Shown one piece after another: positions 7,377 to 15,680 of a DNA stretch of 21,023 bases. The stretch spans positions 1 through 21,023 of the forward strand of contig JBBSJT010000032.1 of the NCBI GenBank assembly GCA_038257035.1, read 5' to 3'. Under the pieces are notes generated by a model that saw nothing but the letters and a program-made list of their open reading frames with translations, was not told the origin of the DNA and ran no database searches. The translations under genes and the position numbers were made by a program. Source of the stretch: Chlamydiia bacterium. Its GTDB lineage: Bacteria; Chlamydiota; Chlamydiia; Chlamydiales; Parachlamydiaceae. Position 1 is the stretch's first letter; each line of letters starts with the position of its first letter.

Positions 7377-7531
7377 CAGATTTTTTTCATCGTTAAGAAG
7401 GTAAACCTAATGGTTTATTGAGGAGCGATGATCTAAAAGATGGACCTTATATGGGCCTTTTGCGTCTATAAAAGTAAGATTTGGAGGTGGGACCTCCAAG
7501 CATTAATTTTATATAACGCGCAAGACCGTAT
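7377..7531 (+). repeat. Dispersed copy of the tmRNA-linked palindromic repeat (5'-truncated A-type unit plus the left arm of the next unit)
   Basis: GGAGCGATGATCTAAAAGATGGACCTTATATGGGCCTTTTGCGTCTATAAAAGTAAGATTTGGAGGTGGGACCTCCAA has one mismatch to 2445-2522. Confidence 0.93.
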
Positions 7532-7625
7532 CCCCAAAAATCGTAAAAGCCTATCACTTTGGATAAGCTTTTTGATTTGATAGGGGTTATTCTCTTTCAA
7601 AGCTTACTTTAGAAATGGATGCTTT

Positions 7626-8966
7626 TTAAACCAAGCTAAATTCTTCCTTGAAAATATACTCAAGGGGTACACCTGCTTCTAAAAGCTGCTTTTGCAGCGC
7701 ATCCATCATCGGCTTAGGTCCGCACATTAAAAATACTTTATTTGAAAGATCTCCCCCCACCGCTTCCTTGATTATATCTGCAGTAATATAGCCCTCCTTT
7801 TCTGCGCAATGTAAAATACTATGAAAATGATCGTTACCTGCATCAAGCTGCTTAATTTCATTCCGATAATAATCTTCACCTTCCTTGTTATAACTGTAAA
7901 AAAGGTAAACCTCGTTTCTTTCTTTTGATCGGAAAAGAGTGTCATTTATTATGCTTAAAAAAGGAGTAATTCCGATCCCGCCTCCAATTAGCACAGCCTC
8001 TTTGTCAGCATGTTCAAAATAACGATTGCTAAATTTTCCGTAAGGGCCCCAAATATATGCATGATCACCCTTTTGCAATTGATTTATTTTTTTTGTCCAA
8101 TCCCCCAATTGCTTGATTGAAATCCTTAAGTATTCCGATCGAGGTTCTGAAGAGATGCTAAATGGATGGGGTTCTGAACTTAATTCGGGAGAATCAAAAT
8201 AAATATAAATAAACTGACCTGGTAGATGAATCAGGCTGCGATAGGGCAGGTGAGGCTGCAAATAAATTTCTGTAATATCACCTAATTGCTCAACATGGTG
8301 TACAACATAGTCATGAAGTGGACCAAACCAGCGATACAGCACTCGAATATATAAAAAACTAAAAAGTCCCATGCCCACCCAAAACCCAAACCAACCTAAA
8401 AGAAAAGGATAGGTCATGATCTCACCTTGTGCTGCAATCGCATGGAAGACCACCAATAGCAGTAGTAATCCGAAAAAGTTGTGCGTCTGTTTCCAGCGGT
8501 GATAGCGCATCGGGATCCAAAGCGAAAAAGCTACCAACAATATAAACATTAAAAGCGCTGCAATCCCGCTCATTCGTGCAATATAATAATGCAGCTCTTC
8601 TTTGGGCAGATAATCTATCCAAAAGAAACTAAAAAAATTAAACTTAGGATCTAAGGCTAAAAAGATCGGATGAAGAAAAATAAGAAAAAAAGCTGATTCA
8701 CCAACCCATCGATGCGCTTTGTAAACCTTGTCCAAACCTCCAAATAAATTCTCAATAAAATGAAACCTTGTTGCAAGCAAAAAAGCCCAGCACATGAGCA
8801 TCGTTGAAGTCAGGCTTCCTATCTTAGCCCAATATTTCAACTTATATTCATACCAAGTATCATAGTACCACATTGATCCGAAGTAAATTGCCAAAGTTGC
8901 AATCAGGCTAAGAAAAATGACAAAATAACCCCAATAATATTGTTTTTTAAAAATGGAAGCCATCAT
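7626..8966 (-). CDS. Ferric-reductase-like membrane flavocytochrome (bacterial NADPH oxidase, SpNox-like architecture)
   Basis: Transmembrane N-terminal part with two His pairs (YKAHRWVG...FLHP; WKQTHNFFG...VFH). FAD motif HPFSIS, GPYG, NAD(P)H motif GGGIGITPF, CGP and terminal EEF. AGGAG RBS. Confidence 0.9.
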   Translation of the reverse strand: MMASIFKKQYYWGYFVIFLSLIATLAIYFGSMWYYDTWYEYKLKYWAKIGSLTSTMLMCWAFLLATRFHFIENLFGGLDKVYKAHRWVGESAFFLIFLHPIFLALDPKFNFFSFFWIDYLPKEELHYYIARMSGIAALLMFILLVAFSLWIPMRYHRWKQTHNFFGLLLLLVVFHAIAAQGEIMTYPFLLGWFGFWVGMGLFSFLYIRVLYRWFGPLHDYVVHHVEQLGDITEIYLQPHLPYRSLIHLPGQFIYIYFDSPELSSEPHPFSISSEPRSEYLRISIKQLGDWTKKINQLQKGDHAYIWGPYGKFSNRYFEHADKEAVLIGGGIGITPFLSIINDTLFRSKERNEVYLFYSYNKEGEDYYRNEIKQLDAGNDHFHSILHCAEKEGYITADIIKEAVGGDLSNKVFLMCGPKPMMDALQKQLLEAGVPLEYIFKEEFSLV

Positions 8967-9231
8967 CTTTCTCCTAAAAAATTCGCAAGATTTAAAATAA
9001 CCGAACCATACTTGGCCTTAGCTTGAGCCTCTTATTGCTATTATAACTCTGGCATTTTTCGATTATTTATTCACCTTATTTATAGGTTCTACAGTCGCTT
9101 ATTTCACAAATCTCAAACGGTGTCTGCGAGGCAAAGAAATAAATCTCTGACCGAAATCTTCAAATATTAATTCTAAAGGTATTACAGGTGATAACATCTC
9201 TTGTAAAGGCCTGAAAAGAATCGATCGTTGG

Positions 9232-9439
9232 AGTTTTTTTTATAAAATATAAAAGGCCCGTATACTGTCCAGATTTTTGTCATCACGACGAAGATAAACC
9301 TTATGTTTGTCGAGGAGAGATGATCTAAAAGATGGGTAGAATACGGGTTTTTTGCATCTATAAAAGTAATTTTTTTTTTTGGGGGGGGGTGGGAACCTCC
9401 AAGCATTAGTTTTATGTAACGTAAAAAAGACCCGTATTT
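9232..9439 (+). repeat. Dispersed copy of the tmRNA-linked palindromic repeat (B-type unit plus the left arm of the next unit)
   Basis: CACGACGAAGATAAACCTTATG-TTTGTCGAGGAGAGATGATCTAAAAGATGGGTAGAATACGGGTTTTTTGCATCTATAAAAGTAA is nearly identical to 2576-2662. The junction is altered to T11-G9-TGGGAACCTCCAA. Confidence 0.92.
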
Positions 9440-9463
9440 GGCTGGTGATTTTCTCCTTAAATC

Positions 9464-9831
9464 TTAAATCATTTTTATTTGTGCATTCATAGAATTATGG
9501 AATTCTTTTTCACTTTCGATTTTAAAAATCTCGATTTGTAAGTTTTTTTTTAAAATTGCCTCTTTTTGGCAAATTTCTGTTTTTATTTTTAAAATTTCAA
9601 AAACAATTTCTATTGGAAAGGAATTAATAATTGAGTTTTTTGAAATTTTTTTACCTGAAAAAAATATCATAGATTTGCTCATTTCCAATTTTTCATTTTC
9701 AGCATAGGAACAATCTGATTTATTTCCCAAGCTTTCATTTTTTCATCAACTTTTGTATGAATCATTCGTCGCTCTATGCCTATTAAAAAGTCACTTTTTA
9801 CTCGAACATCATACATTTCTATTTTATTCAT
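9464..9831 (-). pseudogene. Probable frameshifted small gene (or two coupled mini-ORFs) with an F-box-like motif
   Basis: AGGAG RBS and ATG at 9831 give a 50-aa ORF (MNKIEMYDVR...KNWK, stop 9681-9679). It overlaps ATGA-style with a second frame (ATG 9682 to stop 9464) containing INSFPIEIVFEILK. Confidence 0.45.
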
Positions 9832-9950
9832 ACTTTTCTCCTATTTTTAGAAGATTTATATCATTTTTTTTGAACATTGTAAAAAGAATTAAAAAAAGTT
9901 CTAATTTTAACGGCCTTTTGGTACATAACTGACAGGCCACAAAAAAGGAA

Positions 9951-10664
9951 ATGACTTTGAAAAATAATCCACGAATTGGCACTGCGGGTTGGAATCTTCC
10001 TGCCGAAGCTCAAGATAATTTCCCTATAGGAAAAAGTCAGCTGGAAAGGTATTCACAAGTATTTAATGCTGTTGAAATTAATAGTTCATTTCATAAAGCT
10101 CACAAAAAAACAATTTATGAGCGTTGGTGCGATTCTACACCTGAGAATTTTCAATTTTCAGTAAAAATGTTTAAAGAAATTACTCATAACAAAAAATTAA
10201 TTGGTGTTGAAGATGATTTGGATAAATTCTTTCAGGAAATTGCAGGCCTAAAAAATAAACTTGGGATTCTTTTAATTCAATTGCCTCCAAGTCTAGTTTT
10301 CGAGCAAAACAGGATAGATATTTTTTTTGAACTTTTAAGAAAAATGTTTGATGGAAAAGTTGTTATAGAGCCAAGAAATAGTTCATGGGCTGAAAGTACT
10401 CCTCAGAACATACTAAAAAAATATGATGTTTCTTATGTAAAAGCCGATCCGATTAAGTTCACAATAAATGCTAAACAAACTTTAAAATATTATAGATTGC
10501 ATGGCTCGCCTTTAATCTATAAGTCATCATACGATGATCAATTTTTGAAAAAAATCGCAAAAGATTTAACCCCTTCATCTTGGGTCATTTTCGATAACAC
10601 ACAATTTGGAGCAGGTACACAAAATGCTTTAGATTTAAAACAATTGAAAAAAAATAGTGGATGA
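9951..10664 (+). CDS. DUF72 (YecE/YunF family) protein
   Basis: IGTAGW, YSQVFNAVEINSSFH, FSVKMFKEITH, LIQLPPS, IEPRNSSW, YYRLHG and VIFDN family motifs. Confidence 0.9.
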   Translation: MTLKNNPRIGTAGWNLPAEAQDNFPIGKSQLERYSQVFNAVEINSSFHKAHKKTIYERWCDSTPENFQFSVKMFKEITHNKKLIGVEDDLDKFFQEIAGLKNKLGILLIQLPPSLVFEQNRIDIFFELLRKMFDGKVVIEPRNSSWAESTPQNILKKYDVSYVKADPIKFTINAKQTLKYYRLHGSPLIYKSSYDDQFLKKIAKDLTPSSWVIFDNTQFGAGTQNALDLKQLKKNSG

Positions 10665-10724
10665 TAAGCATACCCTTAGACCCATTTAATTTTTTAACAG
10701 TATTGGTAGAAAAAACATATTCGC

Positions 10725-10769
10725 TTTCACACTATAAAGCAGGCCTTCAGCCTGCTTTATAGTGTGAAA
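10725..10769. terminator. Perfect 20-bp inverted repeat between convergent genes; likely bidirectional terminator
   Basis: TTTCACACTATAAAGCAGGC-CTTCA-GCCTGCTTTATAGTGTGAAA. Confidence 0.7.
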
Positions 10770-10891
10770 TTTCATAGTTTAGAAGTCCCACGGACCTTAA
10801 GAAAAAATGATGCCTCTTTTTCTATCCCTTTTAGGATAAAAGATATGAGATAAACTTCCAAAAGTACAGGTCGATAAATTTTGCAAAATAA

Positions 10892-11536
10892 TTATTCCTC
10901 GAGAAAGGAAATTCCCCAAACGCTAAAAACTTTTTGAAGGTTTAGAGTTTCAGGTTTTCCTTCAATTTTATCTACCAGGGTACAAAGAGAAGATATGAAA
11001 TGCTGTTGCGCTTTGTAAAAAGATTCGGTATTTTCCTCATGAATCTGACTAAGTATGTCATTATACAAACGATAATAATAAAGAAGCGCCCCTGCATCAT
11101 CCTCGAAGTAAAACTCCCCTCTTCCACCTGTTTCTATCGATTTTTCAGTTTGTTTAGGAGAAAATTTTACCAATTGACCAGAAGCTAAAATATTGACATC
11201 CCCTTCTTCTGAAACAACTTCGTTAAGGCATATAATATTAATCGCTGAAATCGTGATGTTTGTTTTTGATTTTATAGGAGCAAGAAGGATCAGGCTCCAA
11301 TCTTCACAATTAAGGTTAATAGGTCCCTGCGATTCTAAAGGAGCATGAACAATGGCGAACATGGAACCATTGATTGAAATTAATCGCAATTTTTGATCTT
11401 GATCGCTTTTCGGGAACGCAATTTCTAAGTGAGCATTTTTAGGGGGGGTTGATTCTTCCATCAGTCTATCCATTTCCATTGTTAAAAAGTGAATTTTACC
11501 AAGAAAAACTCTTTTAAAACAAGAATTTAAAATCAA
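10892..11536 (-). CDS. Hypothetical protein; start uncertain (alternative ATGs at 11479, 11473 and 11461)
   Basis: 214-aa ORF with protein-like composition, overlapping the ATPase stop (ATGA). No recognisable motif. Confidence 0.7.
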   Translation of the reverse strand: MILNSCFKRVFLGKIHFLTMEMDRLMEESTPPKNAHLEIAFPKSDQDQKLRLISINGSMFAIVHAPLESQGPINLNCEDWSLILLAPIKSKTNITISAINIICLNEVVSEEGDVNILASGQLVKFSPKQTEKSIETGGRGEFYFEDDAGALLYYYRLYNDILSQIHEENTESFYKAQQHFISSLCTLVDKIEGKPETLNLQKVFSVWGISFLEE

Positions 11537-12711
11537 AAATCGGGCATTGCTCGCATGATAAATTCATTAAAAAGAGGCACTGTAAAGGCGATATTGCCGT
11601 AAGTTGGGCTGTATATCATTCCTTTTTTAATCAAATGGGATCTTACTGGACTAAGACTTGATAAGCTAACATTTAGTTCATTAGCAATTAAGCTTAGTTT
11701 GTAAGGTTCTTCACCAAATTTTGCCATTGTACGTAAAAACACTTTTTCATTTGGCGTAAGACGATGAAAGCGCACTTTAAAGAAATTTTCATCAAGACGT
11801 TCGATCACTTTAGAAGTACATTCTTTAACATTTTTAATTGTAATTGGAGTTGATGCAACTGTATTCCAGATCAAATATCCCCATTCCTGAAGAAAGTAGG
11901 GATAACCTTGAGTTAAACGAACAATTTCATCTAATGCATCCTTATGAAAATCAACACCACCGGCTTTTGCAGGTTCTTGAATTGCTCGCATAGCATCTGT
12001 CTCTGATAATGCTCCAACCTTTGGAAAATTAAACAGTCTTTCTGCGTATGATTTGGAATCTCCGGCCAATCCTAATAAAACAGGAAGTCCTGCCCCCATA
12101 AGAAGCATAGGCAATCGTCGTTGCTGAACTTTATGCATTGCCATAATAAGAGCGCCTAATTCTTTTTTAGTTAGATATTGAATTTCATCAATGAAAATAG
12201 CAACGGCAGATTGTCGATCTTCAGCAGCCTCGCCAATAGCAACAAACAATTGAGGTAAATCTATTTCAATATCGCCACTATCGGCCGATCCTTTTTCAGG
12301 ATCAATATCTATTCCTATAGAGATATCTTTAAATGTAATTTTGAAGGCTCCTACAAAACTGCGAAGAACAGCTAAAGCCCTTTTTGCTTTAAACCCAAGT
12401 CCGGCTTTTCTATCTAGAGCATATAAAAGTTTACAAAGATAAGGAGCAAGAAGAGCACCAAGTGATTTGTCACTGTGCGCTTCAACAGAAACCGTGTGAT
12501 AGTCTAATTTCTCGGCACGTCTTTCTATTTCATTCAATAAAACTGTTTTTCCAACACCTCTAAGTCCAGTCAGCAGTATACTTTTTTCAGGTCTTCGAGC
12601 AAGGATTCGTCCAAGTAAAATATCAGCTTGTTGAAGAATTGGATCTCGACCTACAAGTTCTGCAGGCGGAGCACCGGCTCCCGGTGAATAAGGATTATTA
12701 ATTGGATTCAT
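11533..12711 (-). CDS. P-loop AAA ATPase (AAA_16/archaeal-ATPase-like) with a C-terminal winged helix-turn-helix
   Basis: NPYSPGAG N-terminus, Walker A GLRGVGKT, Walker B IFIDE, TQGYPYFLQ, and C-terminal LSLIANELNVSLSSLSPVRSHLIKKGMIY (wHTH-like). Confidence 0.88.
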   Translation of the reverse strand: MNPINNPYSPGAGAPPAELVGRDPILQQADILLGRILARRPEKSILLTGLRGVGKTVLLNEIERRAEKLDYHTVSVEAHSDKSLGALLAPYLCKLLYALDRKAGLGFKAKRALAVLRSFVGAFKITFKDISIGIDIDPEKGSADSGDIEIDLPQLFVAIGEAAEDRQSAVAIFIDEIQYLTKKELGALIMAMHKVQQRRLPMLLMGAGLPVLLGLAGDSKSYAERLFNFPKVGALSETDAMRAIQEPAKAGGVDFHKDALDEIVRLTQGYPYFLQEWGYLIWNTVASTPITIKNVKECTSKVIERLDENFFKVRFHRLTPNEKVFLRTMAKFGEEPYKLSLIANELNVSLSSLSPVRSHLIKKGMIYSPTYGNIAFTVPLFNEFIMRAMPDF

Positions 12712-12735
12712 CGTCGTTTTCCTGGCACATCTATG

Positions 12736-12945
12736 AAGTTATAGCAAGTTATAATGGGTTATAACCAGTTATAACAGAAAATCGATATAACTAGCTATAA
12801 CTTTGTATAAGTTCGAGAAAATTGGATTTATCCGAGAGAAGAAATTCAACAAAAAGAATGAAAACGAAAAAGTTATATATTTATAATAGGTTATAACCAG
12901 TTATAACGAAAACTTGATATAACCCATTATAACTTGCTATAACTT
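12736..12945. repeat. Phased GTTATAAC-type repeat array bounded by perfect 28-bp inverted repeats
   Basis: AAGTTATAGCAAGTTATAATGGGTTATA (12736-12763) is the exact reverse complement of 12918-12945. TATAA-type cores recur every 10 bp. Confidence 0.9.
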
Positions 12946-12948
12946 GAG

Positions 12949-13419
12949 CTAAACGCGAAGTTTTTTTCTAAAAAAAGGAATATCCAAATGATTTATTTTT
13001 TTGGTTTCTCCGGTAAGTACATAGCCCATTTTTTCATAAAGATGCATGTTGCCTTTTTCTTCTTTAATGGTTGCAAGTTCAAAATATTCAATCTTTGGAA
13101 ATAATGTCTCAAGTAGTGTTAAAGCTTTTTGAGCAATTTTTTGATTTTGAAAATCAGGATCTATAAAAATGGGACCAATAAATAAAATATTTGGAGCACT
13201 CTTTTTTATGGCAATCCCCCCTACCAATAAACCATCTTTTAAAATCTTATAAAATCCTTTTTTAGGATTATTAATTCTATTTAATGTTTTTTCTAAGAGC
13301 TCAACTGCAGGATTGGTCTCAACATCGTTATATTTTGCAAGTAACGGTAAAAACGATTTAATTTGAAGAGCATGGAGTTCTGGCGCATCTACTGAAGTTG
13401 CCTTTATAAGTATGATCAT
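12949..13419 (-). CDS. GNAT family N-acetyltransferase
   Basis: Start revised to ATG 13419 (MIILIKAT...), which overlaps the mutM stop as TAATG. Acetyl-CoA motif IFIDPDFQNQKIAQ and NMHLYEKMGY. Confidence 0.85.
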   Translation of the reverse strand: MIILIKATSVDAPELHALQIKSFLPLLAKYNDVETNPAVELLEKTLNRINNPKKGFYKILKDGLLVGGIAIKKSAPNILFIGPIFIDPDFQNQKIAQKALTLLETLFPKIEYFELATIKEEKGNMHLYEKMGYVLTGETKKINHLDIPFFRKKLRV

Positions 13420-14270
13420 TATATAATTTTTTCTTGGGCTTTGACATTTTGCTGACAATCTGGGCAAAAATGTGTGCCTCTTTGAGCCACAACAATTTTT
13501 TTGATAATGGTTTTACATCTAAAACATGGCGTGCCTTCTTGCCTAAAAACTTTTAATGTATCTTGATTAGTTCCACGACGTCCACTAACACTATAATAAT
13601 TGGCACGATTTGAGCCTAAAGTTGTTCCTGTATTTTCAATGCCTTTTTTTAATACCATAATGATTGCTTTATGCAATAATTTGATTTCTTGGGTTTTGAG
13701 TGTTTTAGCGAGCCTCAAAGGATGAATTTTAGCCTCCCATAGGGCTTCATCAACATAAATATTTCCAAGACCTGCGATTTTGTGCTGATCCAGTAAAAAA
13801 GGCTTTATTTGACGGTTGCTTTTCTCAAGAAGATTTTTAAAAGCACCTAAGGTAAAATTTTTCGATAATGGCTCAATACCAATTTTATCGAGCATTTCTT
13901 CAGGATCATCTAATAAATACCATTTTCCAAATTTGCGTTGATCTTCAAAACGCAAAATCTTCTTATTACTTAAAATCAAACGTACACGCTCATGAGAATT
14001 AACCGCTGCAGAAATTTCTTCAACAAAAAATTTTCCTGTCATGCGTAAATGCACAAGGAGGGTATCTTTCGATAATTTAAATACTAAAAACTTACCTCGT
14101 CTAGTAATCTCAAGAATCTTTTGATTAACTATACGTTCTGAAAAAGAAGCGCTTCCAAGTTTTGCGATGCTTCGATCCCAAAAAACTATTGCACGGTTTA
14201 TTTTAAGCCCAATTAAATGCGCTTCGTTTAATTCACGAACAATTGTTTCAACTTCAGGCAATTCCGGCAT
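13419..14270 (-). CDS. mutM: Formamidopyrimidine-DNA glycosylase (Fpg)
   Basis: N-terminal MPELPEVET, RRGKFL, HLRMTG, H2TH motif LLDQHKIAGLGNIYVDE, and zinc finger CFRC...RGTHFCPDCQ. Confidence 0.97.
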   Translation of the reverse strand: MPELPEVETIVRELNEAHLIGLKINRAIVFWDRSIAKLGSASFSERIVNQKILEITRRGKFLVFKLSKDTLLVHLRMTGKFFVEEISAAVNSHERVRLILSNKKILRFEDQRKFGKWYLLDDPEEMLDKIGIEPLSKNFTLGAFKNLLEKSNRQIKPFLLDQHKIAGLGNIYVDEALWEAKIHPLRLAKTLKTQEIKLLHKAIIMVLKKGIENTGTTLGSNRANYYSVSGRRGTNQDTLKVFRQEGTPCFRCKTIIKKIVVAQRGTHFCPDCQQNVKAQEKII

Positions 14271-14282
14271 ATTATTATTTAT

Positions 14283-15658
14283 TTATTTCCATGTTTTATG
14301 CCAAGTTTCATATTCAGATGGACGTAATTTATATCTAGCAATATTTCCTTCATGTAATCCTCTTAATTCCATCTCCACAGTTTCTAAGAATCTTTGTTGA
14401 TCATTTTCAGGAATATCTTTTGTTTTCTGTTTAATAAATGCAATCGCTTTTTTCTTATCTAATGGTTCTCTAACAATATTACTGACCATTTCAAAAATCA
14501 TAATTTTATATTTCATACGAAAAGGATCCGGCTCTCCAAGATTTTGAAGAGTTACTGAATAGAGAGCGCAAGAACGTTCATAAGCCCAAATAAAAACATC
14601 TCGTAATAAGCTTACATTATTTAATTCATAGATAGCTAATAAACCCTTTATATAAGTTTTCCGAGGAACATCCATAAAGGATAATGGACATAAATTTAAT
14701 AGAATTAAGGGGATGTTAGCAACTAGCCTAGAAACTCTTTTATTTACATCCTCAAAGGGTTGTAAGTATGGTAGATGCACCATTAAAAAAATGCCTGTTC
14801 GAAAGGATTCTTTATAGCTCTAGCTGTATCTAAAACTTGATTAAAACATTCATTTATTAAACTCGGTATTACCAAAGGGTGATAAACTGATTTTTTAATT
14901 CCTACTGATTTAGATCTAACTCTCCCACAAGCTCCTGTATCTTTGAGTAAATTATTTGATAGAAGAGCATGGACATTTAAAACAGTGTACCGATCAATAG
15001 CAATTTGATCTGCTGAATCTACAAGAAATTCTATTGCTTCCTTGTGGTTTATAATCATTTGGGTGTCTTTTAAATCTTTTCCTTCACCAACTTCATTCAA
15101 ATCTAATAAACGTTCAGTTTCTAGAATCGAATAGGTATTTCCTTCCAAACGACTTGAATTCCAAGACAATTCAATAAGTAAACGATTAAATATTTCTCTA
15201 GCATACGTACCGGCAGGCTGATCGCCATCTGTTTTTCCAAGCCTAAGAAGATTCTCTCTTTCTGATTCACTTAGATAAAAAGAAACATTTGGTCGGTATT
15301 CATCAAGAAATTTTCTATTGTAACCTACATGACTTCGAGATTGATCGGGTTTTTCAATAATTCTTAAAACTTTTTTTGATTCATCTGACAAAGGGATTAC
15401 TTGATCGATTGGATCTTCTTCAAATAAAGATGCTTCTCCTTCGTTATTCGAAGGTAACAAATATTTTTGTGCCCTACCTTTCCCAATTCTTCGCACCAAT
15501 CCAATTTTAACTAGAGAAGTCAGGCGCCTTTGAAGCGTATACTCGAAAAAAGGAATTTTAATAGATTGCTTAATTTCTTTTAATGAAACGCCCTCCTTAA
15601 ACAATTTTAAAGTTTCAAGAATTTCCACAAATTCGCTTTCAGGTATTTTTTTTGACAT
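14283..15658 (-). pseudogene. Fic-family protein with an N-terminal HTH, split by a 1-nt frameshift at a T7 run (14785-14791)
   Basis: Upstream part: HTH-like N-terminus (TLQRRLTSLVKIGLVRRIGKGRAQKY), inhibitory motif SSRLEGN, ending NPFEQAFF-stop. Downstream part starts MVHLPYLQPFEDVNKRVSR (Fic loop variant). One extra T gives the continuous ...EQAFFLMVHLPYLQPF... Confidence 0.88.
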
Positions 15659-15680
15659 TTGAGCCTATAAATTGAGGAAC

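Noticed and set aside
7233..7421. 62-aa ORF as a real gene
   Set aside because: TTG start without an RBS; it is a chimera of the TOPRIM relic and read-through into the repeat.
7545..7572. Hairpin AAAAGCCTATC/GATAAGCTTTT downstream of the Nox-like gene
   Set aside because: Possible terminator, but the stem is weak and mismatched; not enough support to list.
8422..8622. 66-aa alternative-frame ORF
   Set aside because: Lies within the Nox-like CDS.
9182..9406. 74-aa minus-strand ORF
   Set aside because: Almost entirely the reverse strand of the non-coding hairpin repeat, including the homopolymer tract.
11000..11188. 62-aa plus-strand ORF
   Set aside because: Antisense to the 10892-11536 gene, with no motifs.
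13420..13467. N-terminal extension of the GNAT ORF given in the track
   Set aside because: Overlaps the mutM zinc-finger codons; ATG 13419 coupled to the mutM stop is more plausible.
14167..14400. 77-aa plus-strand ORF
   Set aside because: Antisense to mutM and the fic 3' part.
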